In this document: positions 1 through 9,812 of the stretch, piece by piece | How positions within the stretch are numbered: the stretch's first letter is position 1 | How the letters are laid out: each line of letters begins with the position of its first letter | IMG/VR virus record: IMGVR_UViG_3300007539_000015 | From: an uncultured virus (IMG/VR IMGVR_UViG_3300007539_000015) | Lineage: Duplodnaviria > Heunggongvirae > Uroviricota > Caudoviricetes | Direction: 5' to 3' (one strand) | DNA: 64,000 bases | Notes under the pieces: model-generated | What the model was told of the DNA's origin: nothing | Database searches by the model: none | What the model saw: the letters and a program-made list of their open reading frames with translations, nothing else | Program-made: the position numbers and the translations under genes

Positions 1-744
1 GCACTTGAACCAATGCGTAGTCATGATAGCATACATGACGACTACCTACCAACATGGGTAGGCTCTGGAAAAATCATTGTAAACTACAAACACAAACAAG
101 CAGGTTGGAATCTAATCAAAACACTGCTGGACAACCATCGCACCATAGAAGCGTATAGCAAAGATCAACGTGAGGGCAAGTTTTATCAATACAGGTCAGG
201 AGAAACTTCTAGCTATATCTATCAAAAATACAACTACTGTTTGACCACACATGTTCACACACAAGCAACAGGCAAGCCCAACTATCCAAGAGTGTATGAC
301 ACACCTGTTATGCGTCTTGTAGCACCTGCTAATCCTGCTGCTGCGGAACAACGTGGACCTTCTGCTGAACACATTTACTATGATTACAATTTGGCAGCAT
401 TAGAAGCAGCAGGCGGCGGCATACACGTTGATCCTGTGAACACACCTGATGACTTTGTAGCACACATACCCAAAGACAATCCTCAAGGCACAGTGATTGA
501 CATGAGCAATGTTTTTTGCTATGAAGGCACTGCTGCTATGTATAGTTTACGCTATAGAGTAGAGCAAGAAAATAAATTGATACTTGCTTTACAAAAAGAA
601 CTAGGTGATGCTACTGTGATATTTGATCAACGGGCAGCAGAGGGTATACAACCTTGGCAACCAGAAACAGGGCTTGTGAAAGATCTTACCCTTACTGATT
701 TTGACGGTTTAGATCTGCCATCATGGCATCAAACTGTGATTTAG
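1..744 (+). CDS. Hypothetical protein, probably 5'-truncated by the window edge
   Basis: The frame is open from base 1 through the ATG at 13 to the stop at 744. No motif recognised. The 3' end overlaps the convergent radical SAM gene. Confidence 0.6.
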   Translation, partial: ALEPMRSHDSIHDDYLPTWVGSGKIIVNYKHKQAGWNLIKTLLDNHRTIEAYSKDQREGKFYQYRSGETSSYIYQKYNYCLTTHVHTQATGKPNYPRVYDTPVMRLVAPANPAAAEQRGPSAEHIYYDYNLAALEAAGGGIHVDPVNTPDDFVAHIPKDNPQGTVIDMSNVFCYEGTAAMYSLRYRVEQENKLILALQKELGDATVIFDQRAAEGIQPWQPETGLVKDLTLTDFDGLDLPSWHQTVI

Positions 745-1741
745 TTCGTGCTTTAGGCGCACATATACCACACCAACAACTTGACTTTTTACAAACTATG
801 CCGCGATTGTGTGCTGATGTGAGCATAGCATCTGGGTTGTTCAAGTTGCCAATAGGTCCTACACTGCTTGAATAATTCATCCTACAGTCTTTGTTGGTAA
901 ACACTTCGCCTGTGTTTTGTCTAATATACAAAAAGTGATCTGCTACACTACAATGCCAATTTTTAAATCTGTTGTCTACACGTTTGGTATCACAGCCACT
1001 GGCGCACAGTGTTTTGCCACCGCAGCAGGCTCTTCCTTCAGCACTAAGGTTAAGTCCTTTTACCAGCGCATGAGAAATTTTGTCTTTGATCGAAATCTTA
1101 CGTCCCAGTAAATATTCTGCTTGTTCAGCAGAGTAGTTCCAACGCATGTCTAACCAATGATGATCAATCTGTCTTGGCAGATGTGGTATGTGATAGGCCT
1201 TACACCATTCAATCATTTGAACACAGTCCGCCCAGTGTCTTGGATCCATCATGATGTTTACACAAAAGTTTTTGTCTTTGCCTTTACAATACATGATGTT
1301 TTGTCTAACCATGTCTTTTTGTTTTTGGGTAGCACTAGCATGATAACTTATTGTGTAGTAGTCCACAAACTCAGATACTCTGGTCCACTGTTTTACGCCA
1401 ACTACAGCATTGGTTATAAATGCTATGCCCATATACCAATCGTATTTTTGTCTTTTGAAGTTTATCCATTTCAGTATATCAACTATGTGTGGATGGAATA
1501 AACTTTCACCGCCTTGTATGTTTAAGTTGGCTTGCCTGGCTGACTCAGGACGCTCGGACATTTTGAGATCAACATAGCGAAATATAAAATCCACAGTCTC
1601 ATTACACTCTCCTAAACTAGGATGTTCTGTGTTGTTGTCATGGCCATCGCCACAATACGCACAATCAAGATTACATTTCAGTGTGCTTTCCCAAGCAACT
1701 TGGAATATTCTGTCGTCTTTTGGTATTAGTGTATCAAACAT
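692..1741 (-). CDS. Radical SAM protein with C-terminal Cys-rich (twitch/SPASM-like) domain
   Basis: N-terminal CNLDCAYC (CxxxCxxC), GGE motif, Cys-rich C-terminus (FKNWHC...CKKSSCWCGIC). Confidence 0.85.
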   Translation of the reverse strand: MFDTLIPKDDRIFQVAWESTLKCNLDCAYCGDGHDNNTEHPSLGECNETVDFIFRYVDLKMSERPESARQANLNIQGGESLFHPHIVDILKWINFKRQKYDWYMGIAFITNAVVGVKQWTRVSEFVDYYTISYHASATQKQKDMVRQNIMYCKGKDKNFCVNIMMDPRHWADCVQMIEWCKAYHIPHLPRQIDHHWLDMRWNYSAEQAEYLLGRKISIKDKISHALVKGLNLSAEGRACCGGKTLCASGCDTKRVDNRFKNWHCSVADHFLYIRQNTGEVFTNKDCRMNYSSSVGPIGNLNNPDAMLTSAHNRGIVCKKSSCWCGICAPKARTKSQFDAMMADLNRQNQ

Positions 1742-2642
1742 GTGCTCTCCACTTGGTGGTTATTGTTTCGCCGCTACATGGACATGTGTATTTACTACAT
1801 TTTACAGGTTTGATTTTGATATCGGGTAAATCATAGATGTTGTAGCCAAGATCAGTTCCGCAATTGCCGCCGACATTGCCCTGCCTATCTATTTTTACCG
1901 TATCAACACCTAAATTACACTGCCAACCCTCAAAGTGATTTAGATCATTAACCATAAAGTAGTTGTCATCTGTGTGTGCTACTCCGTCTATGTTGAATTT
2001 GGTTCTTGGCTTGCGTTGGACTTCTCGATACCAATCCATATTAGGATATTGCTTGATTGGATCACGCACATACTCTAGTTGTTCTTCGTTATAGCGATGT
2101 TTGCCATCATACAAAACAGTTTTAGCAAGCACTGGAAACAGCTTTATACCGCCCGTTACAGCGTCTACAAGCGTCTTACAGCGTTCAAAGTGTTCAGGAT
2201 CCATCAACACGTCAATATTTGTTTCTACACGGTAATCGTATAACAATTCGGCAACACTGAGACAATGAGAAGGATTTCCCGATTCATGATGTAGACTGAT
2301 ATGGACCACATCAAAACAATGCCAGTGTCTTCTCCACCAACTGAGACTTTGACTGGCATTGGTGCTCAAGCATATTTTTATATCATGTGCCATTTTAAGT
2401 GTATTACACAACCTCGGTAGGTGTTTCCACAGTGTAGGCTCACCACCAATCAAATACAGTCTAGTGGGTCTGTCATGTTGCTTGATATATTTCAGCAGTG
2501 CTGTTTCTAATCTACCTACGTCAGGCCAGCGCACTGTGCCTTCATTGGCACCAGGAAAACAATAGCTACACCGGTAATTACAAGTGTTGCCCAAGTCTAA
2601 TTCAATGACAAAGTCAGTATCGTGATTTTCAATATGCTTCAT
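1734..2642 (-). CDS. Radical SAM protein with C-terminal twitch-like domain
   Basis: CNYRCSYC, IGGEPT, STN; C-terminal FEGWQC..G...C...C.KYTCPC. Confidence 0.88.
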   Translation of the reverse strand: MKHIENHDTDFVIELDLGNTCNYRCSYCFPGANEGTVRWPDVGRLETALLKYIKQHDRPTRLYLIGGEPTLWKHLPRLCNTLKMAHDIKICLSTNASQSLSWWRRHWHCFDVVHISLHHESGNPSHCLSVAELLYDYRVETNIDVLMDPEHFERCKTLVDAVTGGIKLFPVLAKTVLYDGKHRYNEEQLEYVRDPIKQYPNMDWYREVQRKPRTKFNIDGVAHTDDNYFMVNDLNHFEGWQCNLGVDTVKIDRQGNVGGNCGTDLGYNIYDLPDIKIKPVKCSKYTCPCSGETITTKWRAHV

Positions 2643-4018
2643 AACAAATGTGCTAATTCAGGAAACACTGTTTTAGCATCAACTCCTCTGATAGCATCTA
2701 GTTTGTTTACATATTCTTTGAACCCTGGCAGCACGTGGCTCTTGTCGTCTGCGTCCATGTGATTCAATATTGCTTCCCAGCGTCTCCAACCATAAGGATT
2801 GTGTTCCCAAAAGGTAGAGTCCGTTGTCCAATTATCTCGCAGATAGTTTTTAAATTTACCAAACAATTCACGTATTTCTGCTTTGTCCTCTTTGGGCAAT
2901 ATTTGTATACTCAAAAACGTTGGTATGTATAGTAGGTGCATGTTCACTAAGCCGCCGCCTGCTTTTACACCTCGGATTTCTTCTGTGTTGACTTTTTTAA
3001 AATCCTGTGATATTTTCCAATGTATAAAATCTGGCAAATGCTTGATGTTAAAAATTTGTATAGCAGTAGCAATGCTTGGACGTATGTTATCAGGCGTGTT
3101 ATCCAACATGTGTAAGTTGCGTTCAACTGTTTCCCAATCTGTAGGAAACCGTATATAGTTGTTGCGTGGTCCAGCAGCGTCCATGCTAACACCTACTTTT
3201 ACTATTTCAAAATGACTCCACAACTCAATTAAATCTTTATCGACCAATATGCCATTTGTATTGTAGCGTAGACGTATGCGTTTGTTGTATCCTTGTCTAA
3301 CAATTTCTTCAATGAACTTTTTGTGTTCAGCAATCATTAGTGGTTCGCCGCCAGCAAAGTATACTTCACGTAGATTGGGTATTTGTTTGTATAAGTCGTC
3401 CCAGAATATTTCTTGTTCATGCCACTTGTTGTTGAAAGCAGCTTTATCCCACTGCATCTGTCTTTTGACTTCTGGATCTTCTAGCTGTGGCTCTAATACT
3501 TTCCAGTCCTTTACCCACTTGCTGCTATCATGTGGCGAACACATTACACACTTGATATTACAAGTGTGCCCAAGACGTAGGTCTAAATATTGTAGTTCTT
3601 CTTTGTAGTATCCATTTTTGTGTGTTTCGTTTAATAAATCTTGTATATCAAGACCACGTTCCATCCACGTTCCTGTTTCCCACACACGTTTGCTTACTAC
3701 ACCTTTTGATTCTTCAGCAAAACATTTACTACAACTTGCAGGTATTTTTCCGTCCATCATAGTGCGTCTAACACTACGCATGTATTCGCTGTTCCATGCT
3801 TCCATAGGAGATGTTGTTGCAAAGTTTATATGCTGTCCGCTATCGTCTTTTACAATACCCACTGTATGATCCGTGCCTGCTCCGCTGGCATTAGCACTAC
3901 AGCACAAACGCATATCTCCATTAGGTCGTGTTGCCATGTGTATCCAAGGCAAAGCGCAAAATGTTTCTGTTGCTTCTGCTTTTAGTCTATTGTTGAATAA
4001 ATCTAAAAAATCTTTCAT
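2639..4018 (-). CDS. Radical SAM protein with N-terminal SPASM/twitch-like Cys domain
   Basis: FCALPWIH...LCC and CSKC at the N-terminus; central CNIKCVMC; AGGEP; YNTN; VSMD. Confidence 0.88.
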   Translation of the reverse strand: MKDFLDLFNNRLKAEATETFCALPWIHMATRPNGDMRLCCSANASGAGTDHTVGIVKDDSGQHINFATTSPMEAWNSEYMRSVRRTMMDGKIPASCSKCFAEESKGVVSKRVWETGTWMERGLDIQDLLNETHKNGYYKEELQYLDLRLGHTCNIKCVMCSPHDSSKWVKDWKVLEPQLEDPEVKRQMQWDKAAFNNKWHEQEIFWDDLYKQIPNLREVYFAGGEPLMIAEHKKFIEEIVRQGYNKRIRLRYNTNGILVDKDLIELWSHFEIVKVGVSMDAAGPRNNYIRFPTDWETVERNLHMLDNTPDNIRPSIATAIQIFNIKHLPDFIHWKISQDFKKVNTEEIRGVKAGGGLVNMHLLYIPTFLSIQILPKEDKAEIRELFGKFKNYLRDNWTTDSTFWEHNPYGWRRWEAILNHMDADDKSHVLPGFKEYVNKLDAIRGVDAKTVFPELAHLL

Positions 4019-4620
4019 TTACGTCCGATCAATAGGTATCTATCATATAATGGCAAGTTGAGTGTATCTTTATACATTATATCTCCTAGCTCACTTGCTT
4101 TAACAAATTCGTGTAGGCTATCATAGCACCTAACATGATCTGACACTTCTTTATAATTATTGTTTTGTAACACAAGCAAACTATTATCAGGCACATTACT
4201 CAACCAACGGTTGTATTGTTCTTGGGTAATATGCTCTGTGCTTGTGTTAATAACTACGTCAGGCTCATACTCATATTTATATTTGCACATGTCTGCGGTA
4301 ATTGCTGTAAACTTGCCTATCATTTCTTGACGTTTACACATCATGTTTGCTGTTTCTTCGCAGCTAGGATCAATATCAATGCTGCGTATATCATTAATGT
4401 CAAGTCTACTATTGAACAGTAAACTACTTAACACTCCATTCCAGCCGCCGTGGATAACTATGTCCAAAGGTTTTATGGGTGCATAACCAGTTAGTTTTTC
4501 AATAAGCCAAACTTTGCTTTGTATTTGACCTTTCCAAAAACTTTCAAGCACTCCAAAATGATTTTCACTGTTACGCACAGCGTCCATCCAAAATGCCACA
4601 TCGTCCAAGTTTACCAGCAT
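4015..4620 (-). CDS. Class I SAM-dependent methyltransferase-like protein
   Basis: Gly-rich IHGGWNG, acidic SIDID, ADM and VINTSTEH, matching the order of Rossmann-type methyltransferase motifs. Confidence 0.65.
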   Translation of the reverse strand: MLVNLDDVAFWMDAVRNSENHFGVLESFWKGQIQSKVWLIEKLTGYAPIKPLDIVIHGGWNGVLSSLLFNSRLDINDIRSIDIDPSCEETANMMCKRQEMIGKFTAITADMCKYKYEYEPDVVINTSTEHITQEQYNRWLSNVPDNSLLVLQNNNYKEVSDHVRCYDSLHEFVKASELGDIMYKDTLNLPLYDRYLLIGRK

Positions 4621-5711
4621 GTTTTAACCATTTCTTTTCTTATTTTTTGGAAGTGTTTAAAATTGTGTTTACGTATTTCTAATGTAACGCTGTTTAGTTC
4701 TTCCACACTATGCTTATTAATTATATTATACAATGTTTCTATAGCTTTGTAAAGTCTTTTATCTTCTGGCAACTCGTCATAACTTTCGTCCCATATGCTA
4801 TCAAAAGTTTTAAAGCCAAGCTCACGTAAATATCTTAAACTATATTGAGGTCCAACCATTATAAATGCTTGTTTACAAACAATTGGTTTCCATATTTTTT
4901 CACTAAAAAATATATGATGATGTAAATTGTGTTCTTTGCCATAATGTGTTTCGGTAACTACATTTATCAAACATTCGTTGTAAATCATATTATTGTAATC
5001 ATGAGGTCTACTTCCACGAGAAAAATCTTCTGTATCAAAATTCAATGGTAATTTTGTTTTTGTAATTTCTTTTTGATTATTCAGTATAAAACTTATTTCT
5101 TGTGTATAATTTTGATTATAAGACATAACATTTTGTTCATATGGCATGCGATTGTTAAGAGTTTCGTATTGTGTATCTAAACACGTGACTATGCCTTTAT
5201 CTAATAAATCAAAATAATCTATTAGTGTCACCGTTTGTAGTCTGTGAGGGTGAGGACGATTATTAAGACAACAAAAGTATGTTGGTTTTAGATATTTTAT
5301 TTTATGTAAACGATAATCTATTAAATTATCATACACTCTATGATACCATTCTGGATAATAAAAGGTTTTAAAATTTCCAGAAAGCGGCCATTTAGCATAT
5401 TCTTTTTCTGCATCTAAAAGAGAAGTTGCGAAAAACACTTTTCCTTGTAAATTATTTTTTACAACAAAACTATCAATTTTACTAAATCTTCTGTAGGCAA
5501 ATCCTTCTAAAATATCATGTAGTATCAAAAATACATTTGGTTTGTGCAGTTCTTTTATGTAGTCCAGTTCTTCTCTGCGTCTAAAATGTTCAATAAAAAA
5601 ATATTTTCCGTTGCCTTGCCATTCTTCATAGGGGAGATATTGCAAACCAAAAGGGTTTGTATACCTTGTATGTTTTTTATTTGAATAAGCTAGGTCAGTA
5701 TCGATTTCCAA
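4611..5711 (-). CDS. Putative glycosyltransferase-like protein (paralogue family A)
   Basis: CLNNRPHPHR ... NVVTET ... FSEKIWKPI ... LRELGFKTF..IWDESYD resembles a GT-B (GT10/GT47-like) C-terminal domain; the same motifs occur in 8031-9089 and 11624-12976. Confidence 0.55.
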   Translation of the reverse strand: MEIDTDLAYSNKKHTRYTNPFGLQYLPYEEWQGNGKYFFIEHFRRREELDYIKELHKPNVFLILHDILEGFAYRRFSKIDSFVVKNNLQGKVFFATSLLDAEKEYAKWPLSGNFKTFYYPEWYHRVYDNLIDYRLHKIKYLKPTYFCCLNNRPHPHRLQTVTLIDYFDLLDKGIVTCLDTQYETLNNRMPYEQNVMSYNQNYTQEISFILNNQKEITKTKLPLNFDTEDFSRGSRPHDYNNMIYNECLINVVTETHYGKEHNLHHHIFFSEKIWKPIVCKQAFIMVGPQYSLRYLRELGFKTFDSIWDESYDELPEDKRLYKAIETLYNIINKHSVEELNSVTLEIRKHNFKHFQKIRKEMVKTCW

Positions 5712-6601
5712 TGGTGGATGGTCCTTTCAATACCTTCTTCATAAGATACTTTAGGCGTCCACCCTGTTTTACTTGTAAGCAAGTTGTGATTACTGTTGAG
5801 CCACCAAATCTCACCATGACGTGGATCTTTTGTATCCCAATTTATTTTTCCTGTCCAATTCAATTGTTCAGCAATGTAATCTGCACAGTGTCTAATTTTA
5901 CGAGGATCATCTGGTCCAATTGTATAGAAGTTTCCTTTACATGCATCTCTGTTTTCAATGACTGCCATCCATGCATCTAACAAATCACTAATGTAAATAA
6001 AGTTTCTATATGGTTCTGCGTATCCTAAATTACAAGTATCACCTTTGATCATTTGAGCAATAATTTGTTCTGTCACAAAAAAATCATTGTCCTTACGTCC
6101 ATAACTGTTTGTTTGTCTAAAACTTGCCCAAGGCAAACCGTATGCTCTACCAGCATATTCTAAATATTTTTCACAACCATACTTAGCAACAGCATAAGGA
6201 GCATTTGGATTAGGCTGAGTATATTCATCAAAAGCAACGCTTTCTTTATAAGTTCCGGTCTTTTCTACTTCATCTGAAATAGGTTGCCAGCCATAAACTT
6301 CCATTGTGCTTGCAAATACAAAATAAGGTAACGTGCTAAGTTGTCTACATGCTTCGATAAGATTAACTGTGCCAACATAATTTACTTCACTAAAACTTAC
6401 TTGTTCATAAAAACTTTTTTGCACTTCAGTTCTAGCAGCAAGGTGAACTACAATGTCAGGATTCACTGACTTTACTTCTTGTTGTATTCCTGTGTGATGT
6501 GTTAAATCTGTTTTAAGCTCATGGACTTCTCCAATTGCTTGTAATCTTGGCAACAAGTGTTGTCCGATAAATCCGCTAGATCCAGTTAGTAATATTTTCA
6601 T
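5690..6601 (-). CDS. NAD-dependent nucleotide-sugar epimerase/dehydratase (extended SDR)
   Basis: TGSSGFIG, HLAA, YAVAK (YxxxK), RNFIYISD. Start moved to the ATG at 6601, which is preceded by AAGGAG and TAAATA. Confidence 0.9.
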   Translation of the reverse strand: MKILLTGSSGFIGQHLLPRLQAIGEVHELKTDLTHHTGIQQEVKSVNPDIVVHLAARTEVQKSFYEQVSFSEVNYVGTVNLIEACRQLSTLPYFVFASTMEVYGWQPISDEVEKTGTYKESVAFDEYTQPNPNAPYAVAKYGCEKYLEYAGRAYGLPWASFRQTNSYGRKDNDFFVTEQIIAQMIKGDTCNLGYAEPYRNFIYISDLLDAWMAVIENRDACKGNFYTIGPDDPRKIRHCADYIAEQLNWTGKINWDTKDPRHGEIWWLNSNHNLLTSKTGWTPKVSYEEGIERTIHHWKSILT

Positions 6602-6669
6602 GTAAAACTCCTTACTATATTTACAATCCATTAAGTATATGTTTATTAGATCTGGTGGTTAAATACATT

Positions 6670-7257
6670 ATGTTCGATATTGTAGATGAGTTTGAAAGAC
6701 AAATAGCAGATTTTTTTGGTGCTCCGTATGCTGTAAGCACCGACTGCTGCACTCATGCTATTGAATTAGTTTTGCGTTATAAACAAGTAAAACATGTTAC
6801 GGTTCCAAAACAAACATATTTAAGTGTGCCAATGGCAGCTAAAAAAATAGGAGCAACTGTATCTTGGGCTAACTGTAGATGGGAAGAATATTATAACTTA
6901 CACAGCAACATATATGATGCTGCTGTTTTATGGAGACGAAACAGTTATATAAAAGATAGTTACATGTGTTTGAGTTTTCAATACCGGAAGCATCTTAGTT
7001 TAGGCAGAGGTGGCATGATTTTGTTAAGCAGCAAAGAAGAAAAAGATGATTTAATAAAATTAGGATATGACGGTAGACACAGAAATGCTCCTTGGGCAGA
7101 ACAAGATATTAACAGTATGGGTTACCATTATTACATGACGCCAGAAACAGCACAGTTAGGTTTAGACAAACTGCCAGATGCTATTAGGTCTACTCCAAAA
7201 TTGTGGACATGGAAAGATTATCCTAATATATATGATCAGGTAGCTCATATGATTTGA
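6670..7257 (+). CDS. Compact DegT/DnrJ/EryC1/StrS-family PLP aminotransferase
   Basis: FE..IA.FFGAPYAV..DCCTHAI, YDAA, SFQYRKHLSLGRGG (PLP lysine motif). Only ~195 aa. Start placed at the ATG 4 nt after TAAATA. Confidence 0.75.
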   Translation: MFDIVDEFERQIADFFGAPYAVSTDCCTHAIELVLRYKQVKHVTVPKQTYLSVPMAAKKIGATVSWANCRWEEYYNLHSNIYDAAVLWRRNSYIKDSYMCLSFQYRKHLSLGRGGMILLSSKEEKDDLIKLGYDGRHRNAPWAEQDINSMGYHYYMTPETAQLGLDKLPDAIRSTPKLWTWKDYPNIYDQVAHMI

Positions 7258-8038
7258 ATAATCTGTGAATAGGTTGGTATTTGTCGTTTTTACGTAGCTC
7301 TCTGCACAAATAATCTTGCAATATATGCGAATCCTTAATACGATTTGTTTGAACATATATCTCAATATCATGTTGCAATTGGTCTATTAATTTATGTGTA
7401 GAGTTAGTTAATGTCCAGCCTAAGTCTTTGTAAACATTTTCAACTAATAAATTTTTATGACTAGCAATATCTGGATGAATATCTTCTACAACCTTAAAAC
7501 ATAATTTCAAATCGTCAAATTCTCTAACTGTAATATTAGGTAGCTTTTTGTCATATAAATTTTTTAAGCCTTTTGCAATTTTTAGATCTTGTTGAGAATA
7601 ATCTATACCAGATAATCCGTGTTCTGCAAGTATTGGATCAAATGCATGGGCTTGCCATAATATGTTTTCTTTAAAAGATTTATTTACTGATAAAATAGAG
7701 GTATAGTTTCTTACAATATCGTTAGTTACACTCCAATTACGTTGATGCCAAAGCCTACGTTCTTTTGGTGCATGAAACACACTTCCATAATTTTCCCAAT
7801 GAGTATTTGTTATCCAGTCAAATCTTTCAAAACCAGACCATAGTATTACAATTTTATCATGTTCTGTAAAATTAAATTTAGCATCTGCTTCAAACACCCT
7901 ACTTGCAATACCAACATTACCCAAGCCAGCAATTGCAAAATTATAAAAGTCTACACCTTTATCAAGTGCCATAATATCTGCCCATGTAGGCCAGCCATAC
8001 CTTGTAAAACTACAACCAAAAGCAAATAATCTATCCAT
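7223..8038 (-). CDS. SGNH/GDSL-fold protein (esterase or acyltransferase-like)
   Basis: N-terminal FAFGCSFT, NFAIAGLGN and C-terminal EDIHP. Confidence 0.65.
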   Translation of the reverse strand: MDRLFAFGCSFTRYGWPTWADIMALDKGVDFYNFAIAGLGNVGIASRVFEADAKFNFTEHDKIVILWSGFERFDWITNTHWENYGSVFHAPKERRLWHQRNWSVTNDIVRNYTSILSVNKSFKENILWQAHAFDPILAEHGLSGIDYSQQDLKIAKGLKNLYDKKLPNITVREFDDLKLCFKVVEDIHPDIASHKNLLVENVYKDLGWTLTNSTHKLIDQLQHDIEIYVQTNRIKDSHILQDYLCRELRKNDKYQPIHRLFKSYELPDHIY

Positions 8039-9089
8039 TTTGAATAATCCATTTGTTTATACGTTTTGAATCAAAAAATATTTTATCTTTATAATGATTA
8101 TTAAAATGTTCATTATTAGTAGTAGAAAAATTTTTATATACTTCTGGAGGAAATATATTTTCAGTTGATTTAATCATTTCAATTAAATGTTGAAAATTAT
8201 GTTTTATTTTATATTCGCAAGCATCATATATGCGTGAATAATTATGATCCTTGTATTTTGCTACCTGTTGCCACATTGCATCTGCACGGGCTTCATCGTC
8301 TTCTATACTGTCAAAACTATAATCAAAAAGATTATCATATAAATCAAATCCTAATTCAACAAGTGCTTTATGATAGTTAGGCACACTAAATGTAATAAAA
8401 GGACGTTGATGTAAGATTGGCACAAAAGTTTTTTCTGTCATAAACAAACATTCTGTGTTGCTTTCACAAACTACACTCAATGCACTATCACTAAATTGCT
8501 CTGGAGGGTATAGTATTTCGCCGTCCCTTCCTTTCCAATCTAATCTTTTAGCAATCATATAATCAGTAAAATATTTCCATTGGTGTTCTTGTGAAATATT
8601 GTTTGTTGACCAAGAAATGTGACCATAATTTTCACATTTGTTTTTATACAACATATCCATAAAAATACATCGATGAGGATGCCCTCTATTGTTTAAACTT
8701 GTAAACAATTTTTTTGGTTTATTAACTTTATGTAATTTCCAATTTCGATCTATATGAGAATGTAAAACTGCGTTTGCAAAGTAATGCATAAATTGCACTA
8801 AGTTTTTACCTTGTGTAATGTAATGTCTATGATTTAATTTACCTAAGTATGCTGGTCTAAACAAATAAACATTTACATTATTTTCATTTGCAAATGCAAG
8901 AAATTCTTTCCAAGAGTTTTTATCATTAAAAATGTAAATAATTTCATATTCTTCAAATCCTATCAAATATAAAGTTTTACATTCAGGACGTTGCATTTCT
9001 TTTTTTAACTCGTCAGCCATTTGGACACTCACACTATGAGCCCATACAAACCACCAAATACATCCATTATTATCAATTGGGAAATTCAT
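8031..9089 (-). CDS. Putative glycosyltransferase-like protein (paralogue family A)
   Basis: SLNNRGHPHR ... SVVCES ... MTEKTFVPI ... LGFDLY..LFDYSFD. Confidence 0.55.
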   Translation of the reverse strand: MNFPIDNNGCIWWFVWAHSVSVQMADELKKEMQRPECKTLYLIGFEEYEIIYIFNDKNSWKEFLAFANENNVNVYLFRPAYLGKLNHRHYITQGKNLVQFMHYFANAVLHSHIDRNWKLHKVNKPKKLFTSLNNRGHPHRCIFMDMLYKNKCENYGHISWSTNNISQEHQWKYFTDYMIAKRLDWKGRDGEILYPPEQFSDSALSVVCESNTECLFMTEKTFVPILHQRPFITFSVPNYHKALVELGFDLYDNLFDYSFDSIEDDEARADAMWQQVAKYKDHNYSRIYDACEYKIKHNFQHLIEMIKSTENIFPPEVYKNFSTTNNEHFNNHYKDKIFFDSKRINKWIIQNG

Positions 9090-9793
9090 TTCATAAACTC
9101 TCTTGGATTAAAATCAAATACATCTTCTATTTTTTTACCATCTTGTATTTGTTTTTGCAAATTTTGCCAATAATTTTTATTTTCATTGGATACTTCAACG
9201 CCTATAATATTTTCAACTATATCTAAATGATCTATAATATCAGGATGTGAATCATCTAAAACACCAAAAGATTTACTGCCTTTTTCTGCTTGAAAATATT
9301 TCATTTCTGGTAATGTAGCAGCAAATTTATTATACAAATTATTTACAACAGGTCCAGCTATTTCAGTATCTTCCCAAGAAGACTTAAATGCACTTGCTTG
9401 AAATTTTATTAAATCTTTATATGTGCCATTTACTTGATTTATAGCAGTGACATTTTTTACAATATCGTGTTCCCAATTCCAAAAATACTTGTGATACTTA
9501 TTCCAAATACGTTCACCTATATTACTAAAAACATTGCCGTATTGTGCAAATCCTTCGCCAAGTATTCTATCCTCTCGATTCCAACTGGTCCATAATATCA
9601 TAATTTCATCGTCTGCTGTAAATTTATGTTTTACATCAGCTTCCATAATTCTATAGCTAATACCAACATTACCTATACCTGCTAAACCATAATTGTAAAC
9701 TTGTGTGTCAGTTAATTCTCTATCTAAAATTTCAGGCCAACAAGGCCAATAGTAATGAGTAAAACTGCAACCAAATGTGAATAATCTGCGCAT
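9086..9793 (-). CDS. SGNH/GDSL-fold protein
   Basis: FTFGCSFT, NYGLAGIGN, DDSHP; clear paralogue of 7223-8038. Confidence 0.65.
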   Translation of the reverse strand: MRRLFTFGCSFTHYYWPCWPEILDRELTDTQVYNYGLAGIGNVGISYRIMEADVKHKFTADDEIMILWTSWNREDRILGEGFAQYGNVFSNIGERIWNKYHKYFWNWEHDIVKNVTAINQVNGTYKDLIKFQASAFKSSWEDTEIAGPVVNNLYNKFAATLPEMKYFQAEKGSKSFGVLDDSHPDIIDHLDIVENIIGVEVSNENKNYWQNLQKQIQDGKKIEDVFDFNPREFMK

Positions 9794-9812
9794 ATATTGC
9801 CTTAAATACTGT

